From a virus: a DNA stretch of 36,223 nucleotides. The notes under the pieces were generated by a model. That model did not search any database. It was not told where the DNA came from and saw nothing but the letters and a program-made list of their open reading frames with translations. The stretch lies in UHGV virus genome UHGV-0136979; one strand, written 5' to 3'. Below are positions 1 to 8,839 of this stretch, piece after piece. Position 1 is the first letter of the stretch. Every line of letters starts with the position of its first letter. Made by a program: the position numbers and the translations under genes.

Positions 1-49
1 TGTTTTAGGGGCGTTTATTACTGTCTTTTTTATTAAAGGAGCTCAGGTA

Positions 50-292
50 ATGTATACCTATAAAATGATTCAGGTGCCGCCGAATATTTCTGTAAAAGCC
101 AAGGATAATAAGTCTGGTGTAGCTGCTGCATATCTTCAGGGGGTGGTCAATGAGCAGGCTGCTGAAGGTTGGGAGTTTCAGCGAGTTGATACCATTGGTA
201 TTGAAGAGCAGCCAGGATGTTTCAATGGAGGAAAGGTACAGGTTTTCCAGTACTATGTGATTACTTTTCGAAAAAAAGTGCCAGATGCTTAA
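50..292 (+). CDS. small protein of unknown function (DUF4177-like by eye); flanking or cargo gene
   Basis: 80-aa track ORF; AGGAG about 9 nt upstream of the ATG at 50; 8-nt overlap with the next ORF suggests an operon. Family assignment is from memory only. Confidence 0.5.
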   Translation: MYTYKMIQVPPNISVKAKDNKSGVAAAYLQGVVNEQAAEGWEFQRVDTIGIEEQPGCFNGGKVQVFQYYVITFRKKVPDA

Positions 293-518
293 ATGGGTTA
301 GTATTCGCCTGATTCTTTATTATCGCGCCCATGCGCCAGCAAGAATTCGTAACAGATGTCGTTATACTCCAAGCTGCTCAGCTTATACTTTGATTGCAAT
401 AAGGCGCTTTGGTTTTTTTGAAGGGTGGCGATTAGGCTTGAACCGGATTTATCGCTGTCGTCCGCCTAATGGTGGTGCTGATTATCCCCCGCATATTTGT
501 AAATATCGCAAATCGTGA
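285..518 (+). CDS. YidD-family small protein (putative membrane protein insertion efficiency factor-like)
   Basis: 77-aa track ORF with the RYTPSCSAY motif resembling the conserved Cys/Thr-Pro-x-Cys-S-x-Y core of YidD proteins; followed by an intrinsic terminator. Confidence 0.55.
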   Translation: MLKWVSIRLILYYRAHAPARIRNRCRYTPSCSAYTLIAIRRFGFFEGWRLGLNRIYRCRPPNGGADYPPHICKYRKS

Positions 519-533
519 GTGCGCAGGAAAAAG

Positions 534-568
534 AAAACCCGCAGTTTTTACGCTGCGGGTTTGTTGTT
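534..568. terminator. bidirectional rho-independent terminator
   Basis: Stem CCCGCAG (538..544) / CTGCGGG (553..559), loop TTTTTACG, flanked by an A-run upstream and TTTGTTGTT downstream; sits between convergent yidD-like (+) and hok-like (-) ORFs. Confidence 0.6.
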
Positions 569-647
569 CATGTCTGTGAGATAGGGTGCCACTTCAGCCA
601 ACCTTAGCAACCGATTGACGGGGGATCGCTCCCCCGTCGCGGTTTCC

Positions 648-788
648 TTACTGCTTACACTGTAAGAACGCCGCAAACTCCGCTCCCCAGAAGCTCATCC
701 GTATTTCACACAGCGAACCGTGCAGCATCCAGATGATGAGGATTGCCGTCACGCAGAACGTGATGGCCGTAAGCGATTTTTGCGACAT
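648..788 (-). CDS. Hok/Gef-family type I toxin-like small membrane peptide (46 aa), not in the ORF track
   Basis: Own translation: MSQKSLTAITFCVTAILIIWMLHGSLCEIRMSFWGAEFAAFLQCKQ. N-terminal hydrophobic helix plus the SLCEIR and E-x-AAFL-x-CK motifs recalled from HokA/Hok/HokE. GGAG lies 8 nt upstream of the ATG at 788 inside a possible CTCC/GGAG hairpin; a perfect 9-bp-stem hairpin (617..638) follows the stop. Confidence 0.6.
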   Translation of the reverse strand: MSQKSLTAITFCVTAILIIWMLHGSLCEIRMSFWGAEFAAFLQCKQ

Positions 789-979
789 AGCGCTTGCTCC
801 TTTGTTGGAGAGGCGCTAACCTATCACTTGCTTAAGGTAGATATGTTAGGGCCTCGGTTAAACAGAAATGTTTTCCGGGGCCTTTCCACATCTGGCCTTC
901 AGGTATTCCCTCCGACCATCAGCCGAAAGGCACCCGCGCGTAATCTAACGCTTTTTTGTTACTCCGGCAATTCTGCCTG

Positions 980-1240
980 TTAATTCTGAGGTAAAGGTAA
1001 GCTCATCTGATTGTTTCCCCTGTGTGAAGCTGGTAGCTCATGCCACGGGATACCTTCTGAAGAGTGAACGCCGGAGGCGTGTTTCGATGTGAATTTATGG
1101 AAAGCTTCCAGTGTTGAGAAGCATACGCCGCATTCCAGGTTGTTACACTGATAATACTTTTGCCGGACGGTGTTTGAATCATTTTCCGGGCGACTGGTGC
1201 GGATACGGGCAGACGCGCCACAAAGCGGACAACGAAACAT
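980..1240 (-). CDS. ogr: Ogr-type zinc-finger late transcription activator
   Basis: N-terminus MFRCPLCGASARIRTSR...YYQCNNLEC is the P2 Ogr/Delta Cys4 zinc-finger signature; position at the prophage end next to D is as in P2. The 86-aa track ORF is longer than P2 Ogr (about 72 aa), so the C-terminus is less certain. Confidence 0.85.
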   Translation of the reverse strand: MFRCPLCGASARIRTSRPENDSNTVRQKYYQCNNLECGVCFSTLEAFHKFTSKHASGVHSSEGIPWHELPASHRGNNQMSLPLPQN

Positions 1241-1597
1241 AGCAACCTCCCTTAATGTGGTGCTGTCGCTATTTTAAATTGTATTCGCAAATATGCAAAC
1301 TGACCGTCAGGTCAGTTTGAGGAACGGGCGTTTAATCATTAATAAAAATGTTCTCTGATGTTATTTATTATCTTGCCATTGTCAAATGATGATCTAATGA
1401 CTAATTATAACAAAAGAGTCTGTACATTATTTATATGTTTTGATAACTAGGTGTTTTTATATATTTATAGATTTAAAATATCATATAAAAATGTGTGTTA
1501 TAAAATCATCTGGTTTGAGTGAAAGGGCAGGAGGTGGATTTTTTCTGCCCTTTAATAATATAGTGCTAATGGAAACAATATCTATATACGAGTTATT

Positions 1598-2356
1598 CTA
1601 CTCTCTGTAAAATTCTGCGTGTAAAATTGAGGCCAGTGCTGATGGGTTTTCCCATGACATGGAATGTCCTGCTTTTGGCACTATTGCAACAGATATTCCT
1701 GATTCTTTTATATGCTGGAAATCATTGTCTGGCAATGATTGTTCGCCGAAAATTAGTGTACGTGAACAGGGCAGATTAAGGAAGATATCTCTCCATGATG
1801 GAGTGGCTCCATCAACCAGACTTTTGGCTCCTCGCCATATTGCCCATGGGGCTGCATTCTGGAGTTCACCTTTCCATGGGGATGTCTCTTGCTCCAGTAA
1901 TTCATCGTATATGTGTGAGATAAACTCTGCTTCTGGTTTCTCTATTATCTTACGACTATATGTACCTCCACCAGAGTGAAAATTAGGTTCAGAAACTACA
2001 AGCTTTCTTGTTCGTTCATGTAGTTGTCTGGCTACTTCAATCGCAATACTTCCTCCCATACTGTGACCATAAATATGGAACTGTGAGAGATTTAATGTTT
2101 CTACTACTTCAATAACAACTTTAGCTTGATGGGATATGCTGTAATCGAATCTTTTAGGCTTATCACTAAACCCATATCCAGGGAGATCTATCAATATTGC
2201 TCGTTGTCCACCAAATGCAGGGTCTGCAACAACCCGTGGATATTCATAAGAAGAAGAACAGCCAAGCCCATGAATAAAAATAACAGGAATACCCTGACCA
2301 GGTAAATCATGCCAACGTACATTTGCTCCGGCAATTAAAGAAAACAAACTGAACAT
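1598..2356 (-). CDS. alpha/beta-fold hydrolase (esterase-like; BioH/YbfF-like by eye), cargo gene
   Basis: 252 aa; HGLG oxyanion region, GHSMGG nucleophile elbow and C-terminal AGHSMSWENP histidine region; AT-rich flanks (1241..1597, 2357..2482) contrast with the phage backbone. Confidence 0.8.
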   Translation of the reverse strand: MFSLFSLIAGANVRWHDLPGQGIPVIFIHGLGCSSSYEYPRVVADPAFGGQRAILIDLPGYGFSDKPKRFDYSISHQAKVVIEVVETLNLSQFHIYGHSMGGSIAIEVARQLHERTRKLVVSEPNFHSGGGTYSRKIIEKPEAEFISHIYDELLEQETSPWKGELQNAAPWAIWRGAKSLVDGATPSWRDIFLNLPCSRTLIFGEQSLPDNDFQHIKESGISVAIVPKAGHSMSWENPSALASILHAEFYRE

Positions 2357-2482
2357 AATATGTACCTTTGCTTTTTCTTACAGGTATAACCTGTAACTCT
2401 GACTGTAAAGGATCTTCTATCCTTGTTCTTGCCTCGCTGTATCCAGAGAGTTTTTGTATATTAAATTAAACACCGAAGTTGC

Positions 2483-3592
2483 TCACTCTGTTTCTGCTAT
2501 CCATTCCGGGATTTTTGCTTCAAGCTCAAGCTGCGTGGTAAAACCGCTGTTATCAATGGTGTGCTCGGCTTTTGCAATAATCCAGTCCTGATTATCAATC
2601 TCGCTTTTAAATCCTGTTACCGTGCCATGCATTTCGGGGTAGAGTTCTGCGCGTCCGCGTGCCAGTGTGATGGAGAATGATGCGGCTCCGCGTTGTAGCT
2701 GCTGCCACTTTGCCGCCGCTGCGCGTCTTGCTGCCTGCTCGTTCTGATAAGTCTTGCGTAACACAAACACATTGCCTTCCGCACCTTCCATATAATCACC
2801 TTCACGGCTGCTGCTTTTCTCCTTTTTGGGTTTTGGCGGTTTGCGGCGTTTCACGCTGACTTTTTTCTTTTTCCCGTAATTAAGATCAAGCCAGTAAGCG
2901 CGTACCCCCGTATACGCTTCGCGGTCAGCAATGCGGAACTGATGTCGATCGCCACTGCTGCGCGTGATGGCGAACGAGGGCAACGGCTGGCCCTGCGCGT
3001 TCACGCCACCGCCTGGCATGATGAATAACAGATTACCGCTTTTTACCGTGGTGATTGCGCCCAGCATTTCCGCCATGCGCGTAAGGAAGGACATGTCGCT
3101 TTCTTCAGTCTGGTCGGCGTGGTCGATTTCGATATCCATCAGCATTTCGCTGATTTGCGGTTTCAGACCGTACCGATGAGCGATGGCGGATACCACGCGC
3201 TCAACGGTCACATCATGCCAGGACACTTCACGTTTAACGTTAAATTCATCCCGAAAATCTGCGCTTCTGGCTGAAACAGTCAGCCTGTCCGGCGGTCCTT
3301 CGTGTGCGATTTCATCAACAATGTAAGAGCCTTTTTCTGTCAGCGGTTCTCCTTTCCAGCCAATGAGAACCGTCAGGCGCGCGCCCCGTGGCGGTAGCTG
3401 CAACTGACCATCCGCATCATCCAGCGTGATGGTGAGCTGGTCCGCTTCAAATCCCCGGTTGTCGGTCAGTGACAGACTCATCAGGCGCTCTGCCACGCCG
3501 GACAGCCTTTTCCCCTCCGCGAGAATATCAAAATCCGGCATTTTCACGGGGTCTGTGCTTTGACTGAGCAATTGCATGGTGGTGTCGGTCAT
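2483..3592 (-). CDS. D: tail protein D (late control gene D family)
   Basis: 369 aa (P2 gpD is about 387 aa); lysine-rich central linker; strong RBS GGGAGGGA upstream of the ATG at 3592. Recognised by resemblance to gpD. Confidence 0.85.
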   Translation of the reverse strand: MTDTTMQLLSQSTDPVKMPDFDILAEGKRLSGVAERLMSLSLTDNRGFEADQLTITLDDADGQLQLPPRGARLTVLIGWKGEPLTEKGSYIVDEIAHEGPPDRLTVSARSADFRDEFNVKREVSWHDVTVERVVSAIAHRYGLKPQISEMLMDIEIDHADQTEESDMSFLTRMAEMLGAITTVKSGNLLFIMPGGGVNAQGQPLPSFAITRSSGDRHQFRIADREAYTGVRAYWLDLNYGKKKKVSVKRRKPPKPKKEKSSSREGDYMEGAEGNVFVLRKTYQNEQAARRAAAAKWQQLQRGAASFSITLARGRAELYPEMHGTVTGFKSEIDNQDWIIAKAEHTIDNSGFTTQLELEAKIPEWIAETE

Positions 3593-3748
3593 TCGTCCCT
3601 CCCTGTGCGGTATGGTCGCATGTGCGCACGGAGTGGGTTACTGCTTTTTGTTGTCGCCGTGGCGGGAGAACGGCGCAGGGGTGAGATTACGCGCGTGGTG
3701 GGTGATGATTGTTGCCGAATCATTTAACGGATACAAGGGGCTGAAGCT
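3593..3748. promoter_or_regulatory. divergent intergenic region between D (-) and FI (+); presumed late promoter region
   Basis: 156 bp separating two divergently oriented late genes, each with its own RBS; no clean TGT-N12-ACA Ogr box was found by eye. Confidence 0.35.
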
Positions 3749-4933
3749 ATGAGTGAAACTCGTTTTCATGGTGCCCGTGTTACGGAAAATACCGACCTGG
3801 TAACAGCGATTAACGATGTTGATTCCAGCGTTATCGGTATCGTGGCAACGGCGGATGATGCGGACGCGAAGCTGTTCCCGCTGAACAAGCCCACACTGCT
3901 GACCCGCGTCAATGACGTGCTGGGAAAATGCGGGACAACGGGGACGCTTTATCGTGCGCTTAAGGCCATCGCTGACCAGGTGAGCACAAAGGTGATCGTC
4001 GTTCGCGTGGCTGAACACAAAGAAGAAGACGGAAAGACGCAGGATCAACTGGTTATCGGTGGTTCTGAGGATGACGGCAGCTATACGGGGATGTATGCGC
4101 TGCTTGTTGCAGAGCAGGATGAAAGCATCGGATACCGTCCGCGTATTCTGGCCGCGCCGGAGCTGGACACGGAGGCGGTGACAAAATCCCTGTGCGTGAT
4201 TGCGGGTAAACTGCGCGCGTTTGTGTATGCCACATGTCATGGTTGTAACACGATGGCTGAGGCGATTACCTACCGCCAGAAATTCAACGAACGTGAGGTG
4301 ATGCTCTTATGGCCGGACTTCATCGCCTACAACCCGAAAAGTGGCAAAAACGAAACGTTCCCCGCGCCTGCCTATGCGTGCGGCCTTCGTGCGTACATTG
4401 ACCATGAGCAGGGCTGGCACAAATCACTGTCCAACGTTCCGGTTAAAAATGTGCTGGGGATGTCGAGGCATGTGTTCTGGTCGTTGCAGGCCGAAGACAG
4501 CGATGCCAACAGCCTCAACAACAAAGAAATCACGACCATTATTCGTCGCAACGGGTTCCGCTTCTGGGGCAACCGCACACCGGAAACGAACGCCTACATC
4601 TTTGAGGTGTATACCCGAACCGCACAGGTGCTGGCTGATTCAATTGCGGAAGCGCAGTTTGAAACCATCGACAGTCCACTGACGCCTGCGAACGTGAAGG
4701 ATGTTATCAGTGCCATCAGGGCAAAACTGGATTCACTGGTTACTGCCGGGAAACTGATTGGTGCGGAGTGCTGGTATGACGTGGTGGATAACGGCACCAC
4801 GAATTTACGTCAGGGACGTGTGCGTATTCGCTACAAATATACGCCTGTTCCCCCGCTGGAAGACATGGAGCTTTACCAGTCGTTTACTGATGAATTCTTT
4901 GGTCCCGCATTTGCGGTGCTGGGAGGTGCCTGA
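3749..4933 (+). CDS. FI: contractile tail sheath protein FI
   Basis: 394 aa (P2 FI is about 396 aa); N-terminal region resembles P2 FI (ADDADA..FPLNKP); immediately followed by the tube gene. Confidence 0.9.
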   Translation: MSETRFHGARVTENTDLVTAINDVDSSVIGIVATADDADAKLFPLNKPTLLTRVNDVLGKCGTTGTLYRALKAIADQVSTKVIVVRVAEHKEEDGKTQDQLVIGGSEDDGSYTGMYALLVAEQDESIGYRPRILAAPELDTEAVTKSLCVIAGKLRAFVYATCHGCNTMAEAITYRQKFNEREVMLLWPDFIAYNPKSGKNETFPAPAYACGLRAYIDHEQGWHKSLSNVPVKNVLGMSRHVFWSLQAEDSDANSLNNKEITTIIRRNGFRFWGNRTPETNAYIFEVYTRTAQVLADSIAEAQFETIDSPLTPANVKDVISAIRAKLDSLVTAGKLIGAECWYDVVDNGTTNLRQGRVRIRYKYTPVPPLEDMELYQSFTDEFFGPAFAVLGGA

Positions 4934-5445
4934 TGGCTGTACCAAAACATCTTCGCTTTTTTACGTTGTTTGTGGATGGTGAAAACGAAGTGGGTAAAGT
5001 GACATCCGTCACGCCGCCCAAACTGACGCGCAAAACCGACAGTTATCGTGGTGGTGGCATGATGGGGGCGGTAAGTATTGATCTCGGTCTGGACGACTCC
5101 GCGCTTGATGCGAGTTTTGTCATGGGGGGAGCTGTTCGTGCGCTGTTCCTTAAATATGGCGGCACGATTGACGGCACGCTGCTGCGTTTTGCGGGTGAAT
5201 ACTACACCGATGCAGAAAGCGATCTGTATGAAATCGAGATGCGCGGGCGTGTGACGGAAATTGATATGGGGGAAGCCAAACAGGGCGAAGCCACATCACA
5301 CACTTACGCTGTCAAAAACACCTACTACAAGCTGAGCGTTAACGATCGCCCGCTGTGGGAAATCGACCTGTTGAACCACATCTACCGGAAGGACGGCAAG
5401 GACATTGTGCCTGACCGTATCCGTTCCGCGCTCGGGCTTGGCTGA
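4933..5445 (+). CDS. FII: tail tube protein FII
   Basis: 170 aa (P2 FII is 172 aa); start overlaps the FI stop. Confidence 0.9.
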   Translation: MAVPKHLRFFTLFVDGENEVGKVTSVTPPKLTRKTDSYRGGGMMGAVSIDLGLDDSALDASFVMGGAVRALFLKYGGTIDGTLLRFAGEYYTDAESDLYEIEMRGRVTEIDMGEAKQGEATSHTYAVKNTYYKLSVNDRPLWEIDLLNHIYRKDGKDIVPDRIRSALGLG

Positions 5446-5500
5446 TAAGTAATATGCAGGCGGCACAGTGCGTCGCCTCTGACTGAAAAGGAGACAACTG

Positions 5501-5875
5501 ATGAAAGACATCGATACTGAAACCCGGAATAACACCGTGGCGGATGATGTGACGGCAGGTGAGGATATGGCTGTCGAACGTGGTGTAAAACTTTCCCGGC
5601 CAATTGAGCGTGGTGGCGAAAAAATCACGTATGTGGAGATCACAGGGGCTATTGAGCAGGCTGGATCCCTGCGTGGTCTGTCGCTGTCTGATGTGCTGAA
5701 TCTGAAAGCGGATACCATGTTCACGCTGTTGCCTCGCGTGACCTCGCCACGACTGGATGAAGTGATGATTAAAAAAATGTCGTCACGCGATTTTATTCAG
5801 TTGTGCGCTGCGGCTGTAAATTTTATGAGCGAGCCAGACTCTGGCGCGAAGAGCGTGCAGGAGACGGCAGCGTAA
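5501..5875 (+). CDS. E: tail assembly chaperone E (zero-frame product)
   Basis: Small ORF between tube and tape-measure genes; overlapped by a -1 frame ORF (E'), the conserved arrangement in P2-like phages. Confidence 0.7.
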   Translation: MKDIDTETRNNTVADDVTAGEDMAVERGVKLSRPIERGGEKITYVEITGAIEQAGSLRGLSLSDVLNLKADTMFTLLPRVTSPRLDEVMIKKMSSRDFIQLCAAAVNFMSEPDSGAKSVQETAA

Positions 5876-6039
5876 TCACCCTGGTGTGCTTTGAGCACAT
5901 CGAAGATCTGGTGGCGGATATTGCCGCCATTTTTAACTGGTCGCCCGCCGAAATCTTCATGATGACGCCCGGCGAAGTGGTTAGCTGGCGTGAGCGGGCG
6001 GCACTTCGCAGCGGGAATGCAGACAATGAAGACTCTTGA
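5776..6039 (+). CDS. E': E' extension of the E+E' fusion, reached by programmed -1 frameshift
   Basis: The -1 frame is open from 5773 (after TAA at 5770..5772) to the TGA at 6037..6039; an A7 run at 5771..5777 is the only slippery tract in the overlap; the E portion up to the tract is about 92 aa, matching P2 gpE (91 aa). Confidence 0.5.
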   Translation, partial: NVVTRFYSVVRCGCKFYERARLWREERAGDGSVITLVCFEHIEDLVADIAAIFNWSPAEIFMMTPGEVVSWRERAALRSGNADNEDS

Positions 6040-8833
6040 TATCCGGGTCGCTTTCAGCGCCGTTGACAGGCTGACCCGGCCTGCCGAAAACGCCCGCCGC
6101 CTGATGGGGCAGTTTGGTGACTCCATCCAGCGAACGCAGGGGGCGATCAAAAATCTCGAGCGTCAGGCGCGTTCATTTGAGCGCGCCCGCGACGCTGTCA
6201 GTAAAGCGGATGCGGGCATCGTGAAAGCACGACGCCAGCTTAACGCCCTTAATCAGTTACAACGCACGGGTACAGTGCTCAGCGAAAAACAACAAAAGCT
6301 GATGCAGCAGTTAAGCACCCGGCTTGAACGCCTGAATGAATCGCGCACACGGGAAATTCAGAAAATGCGGGAACTTGGCGGAGAACTGAAACGCCACGGC
6401 ATTTCCCTGACAGGCAGCGATAACACCATTCAGCAGGCCATCAGACGTACCGAACAGTACAACAACCAGCTTGAACGCGAACGGCAGGCGCTTGCGCGTG
6501 TAACGCGGGCGCGTGAGCGGTATTCGCGCGCGCAGGAAACAGCGGGAAAACTGAAAACAGGTGGTGCACTGGCAATTGGTGCGGCAGCGGCGGGCGGCTA
6601 TGCTGCCGGGCGTTTTTTGCAGCCTGCGATCGGGTTCGGCAAAGAGATGTCCCGCGTTCAGGCACTGACGCGAATCGACCAGAACAGCCCGCAGTTTAAG
6701 GCGCTGCGTGAGCAGGCGTTAAAACTTGGCTCTGAAACACAGTTTACTGCGAGTGATGCCGCCAGTGGGCAGAGCTTTCTGGCAATGGCTGGTTTTACTC
6801 CGCAGGCCATTCAGGCCGCATTGCCCGGTGTTCTTAATATGGCGCTGGCAGGTGGCGTCGAACTCGGCGAGACGGCTGATATAGGCTCCAATATCCTCAC
6901 ACAGTTCAACCTGACAGCCGATCAAATGGACCGGGTTGGCGATACGCTGACAGCGGCATTCACCCGGACCAATACTGATTTACGCGCGCTGGGCGAAACC
7001 ATGAAGTATACCGGTCCGGTTGCCGCAAAACTTGGTATCAGTCTTGAAGAAGCGGCAGCCATGGCCGGGATGCTTGCCAATAATGGTCTTCGCGGAAGCG
7101 ATGCTGGTACGGCCATGCGCGCAAGTCTGTCCCGCCTTGCATCACCGCCAAAAGCTGCGGCTGATGCGCTGAAAGAGCTGGGAGTGTCAGTTGCTGACGC
7201 CAGAGGCAAAATGCGCCCGATGGAGGATGTGCTGCTTGATCTCTATAAGGCGACACAAAAATACGGACAGGTGGACCAGGTTTCCTTCTTCAAGGACATC
7301 GCCGGAGAAGAGGCGTTCGTTGGTTTGCAGACGCTTGTTGCGGCGGCTGGTTCAGGAGAGCTGCAAAAACTGACCAGAGAATTGCAGGGGGCAAGGGGAG
7401 AGGCCGATCGCGTTGCAAAAGTAATGGCCGATAATCTTGATGGGGACCTGAAAAATCTCGACAGCGCATGGGAAGGTCTTCGTATTCGCATCAGTGATCT
7501 GGTTGACGGTCCGCTGCGTTCTGTCACGCAGTGGCTCACGCGGGTGCTTGAAAAAATCACCTCGCTGGCGCAGGCCCATCCGGTACTGACGCGCCAGCTA
7601 CTGATAGCAGGCGGTGCGTTGCTGGCAATGACTGCAACGATTGGCTCGTTGTCGCTGGTTATTGGGGTGCTTTACGGGAAGCTGGCCACCTTGCGTCTTG
7701 GTTTCGACATTCTTACCCGGTCAATGAATGTCATCAGGGTGTTGCCTGCGCTGTGGGGAATGGTGACGGGTTCTGTTTCTTTGCTGGGAGGCGCTATCGG
7801 GGCGCTGTTCAGTCCGGTTGGTCTTATCGTGGCTGCGCTTGCCGGAGCTGCCGTTCTTATCTGGAAATACTGGGATCCCATCAGGGTATTTTTTGCCGGG
7901 GTGTTCAGCGGGATTATGGAACGGCTGGCTCCGTTGCGCGAAACCTTTGAACGGTTTGGCCCTGTTTTTGACGCAATCGGAAGCGGGATCAGCCAGGTGT
8001 TTAACTGGTTTAAATCGCTGCTGTCACCGATGGAGTCCAGCAAGGAAACGCTGGATAAATGTACCAGTGCTGGCGAGATATTCGGTAACGTTCTTGGCGG
8101 TGCGTTACAGCTTGTTCTGACACCTGCAAAAATGCTACTGGATACGCTGGCGTGGATACTTGAAAAACTTGGCGTCCTTCCGGATGAAGCGGAAAGGGCG
8201 CGCAAGAAAATCGAAGACGCACAGCGTGCAGCCATTCTTCAGGACAAGGTTGCCTTGCTTCAGGGGGACCTGGCGAAAATCAATCCGCCGAAGCCTGTGG
8301 AAAATGGCAATGGCACCGGAGGTGATAAACCCAAAGACAACAAACCGCTCACAGACAGCAATACCGGGACGCTACGCAGACTCAGCAAAATTGCTGATAA
8401 CACAGGTAAGCTGGTTGATGAGACGAAAAAACGCATTGGCCCCGGCGATATTGTCTTTAAGAACCTGCCCCGCGCACTTGCTGTTCGTGGGGAGTGGCAG
8501 GAGCGGAAGATTGCGCATGTCAGTAAGCCTGCCCCCGCAATTAATATCACACCCGTGGTCCCGGCTCCGCTGCCTCCGGCGCTGGTCCCTGTTGTTGCGG
8601 CCAGCTCCCGCCCGGTGGCGGAGGCTATACGATCTCCAGTGGCATCAGTTCCTGTAACTTCCCGTAACCGGGAGCCTGTTGCCTCCGGATTTGGTGGTGA
8701 AATTCATGTTCATCTGCATAACGTTGTTACGCAGAATCCCCGCGAACTGGCGAAACTGGTCGGTGAAATGGTCAGGGCAGAAATGGAACGGCGCGCCCGT
8801 GCCGGGCGTGGCAGTTTTTACGATAAAGATTGA
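5990..8833 (+). CDS. T: tail tape measure protein T
   Basis: 947 aa, coiled-coil N-terminus, Gly/Ala-rich hydrophobic central segments, located after E/E'. Track start is GTG at 5990; ATG at 6017 or 6026 are alternatives. Confidence 0.9.
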   Translation: MSGRHFAAGMQTMKTLDIRVAFSAVDRLTRPAENARRLMGQFGDSIQRTQGAIKNLERQARSFERARDAVSKADAGIVKARRQLNALNQLQRTGTVLSEKQQKLMQQLSTRLERLNESRTREIQKMRELGGELKRHGISLTGSDNTIQQAIRRTEQYNNQLERERQALARVTRARERYSRAQETAGKLKTGGALAIGAAAAGGYAAGRFLQPAIGFGKEMSRVQALTRIDQNSPQFKALREQALKLGSETQFTASDAASGQSFLAMAGFTPQAIQAALPGVLNMALAGGVELGETADIGSNILTQFNLTADQMDRVGDTLTAAFTRTNTDLRALGETMKYTGPVAAKLGISLEEAAAMAGMLANNGLRGSDAGTAMRASLSRLASPPKAAADALKELGVSVADARGKMRPMEDVLLDLYKATQKYGQVDQVSFFKDIAGEEAFVGLQTLVAAAGSGELQKLTRELQGARGEADRVAKVMADNLDGDLKNLDSAWEGLRIRISDLVDGPLRSVTQWLTRVLEKITSLAQAHPVLTRQLLIAGGALLAMTATIGSLSLVIGVLYGKLATLRLGFDILTRSMNVIRVLPALWGMVTGSVSLLGGAIGALFSPVGLIVAALAGAAVLIWKYWDPIRVFFAGVFSGIMERLAPLRETFERFGPVFDAIGSGISQVFNWFKSLLSPMESSKETLDKCTSAGEIFGNVLGGALQLVLTPAKMLLDTLAWILEKLGVLPDEAERARKKIEDAQRAAILQDKVALLQGDLAKINPPKPVENGNGTGGDKPKDNKPLTDSNTGTLRRLSKIADNTGKLVDETKKRIGPGDIVFKNLPRALAVRGEWQERKIAHVSKPAPAINITPVVPAPLPPALVPVVAASSRPVAEAIRSPVASVPVTSRNREPVASGFGGEIHVHLHNVVTQNPRELAKLVGEMVRAEMERRARAGRGSFYDKD

Positions 8834-8839
8834 GGAGTC

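Noticed and set aside
570-980. tRNA or tmRNA attachment-site target at the prophage left end
   Set aside because: No cloverleaf or tRNA-like sequence recognised; the attachment site cannot be located without the second copy beyond the right edge.
720-983. 87-aa + strand ORF antisense to the hok-like gene and its leader
   Set aside because: No RBS or motif; overlaps a region more plausibly occupied by the hok mRNA leader and a possible antisense RNA.
1003-1245. Alternative 80-aa - strand frame overlapping ogr
   Set aside because: The other frame (980..1240) carries the Ogr Cys4 zinc-finger signature; this frame has no recognisable features.
3651-3684. Partial resemblance to the P2/186 cohesive-end motif (CGTGGCGGG..) in the D/FI spacer, and a weaker one near 25268..25287
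   Set aside because: Only 9 to 10 matching bases against a sequence recalled from memory, and the D/FI location is not where cos is expected; cos cannot be called without alignment.
3638-4240. 200-aa - strand ORF overlapping the start of sheath gene FI
   Set aside because: Shadow ORF antisense to FI; would also overlap the D/FI promoter region.
7672-8235. 187-aa - strand ORF (and other antisense ORFs) inside tape-measure gene T
   Set aside because: Typical antisense open frames in a long GC-rich gene; T is supported by size, composition and synteny.
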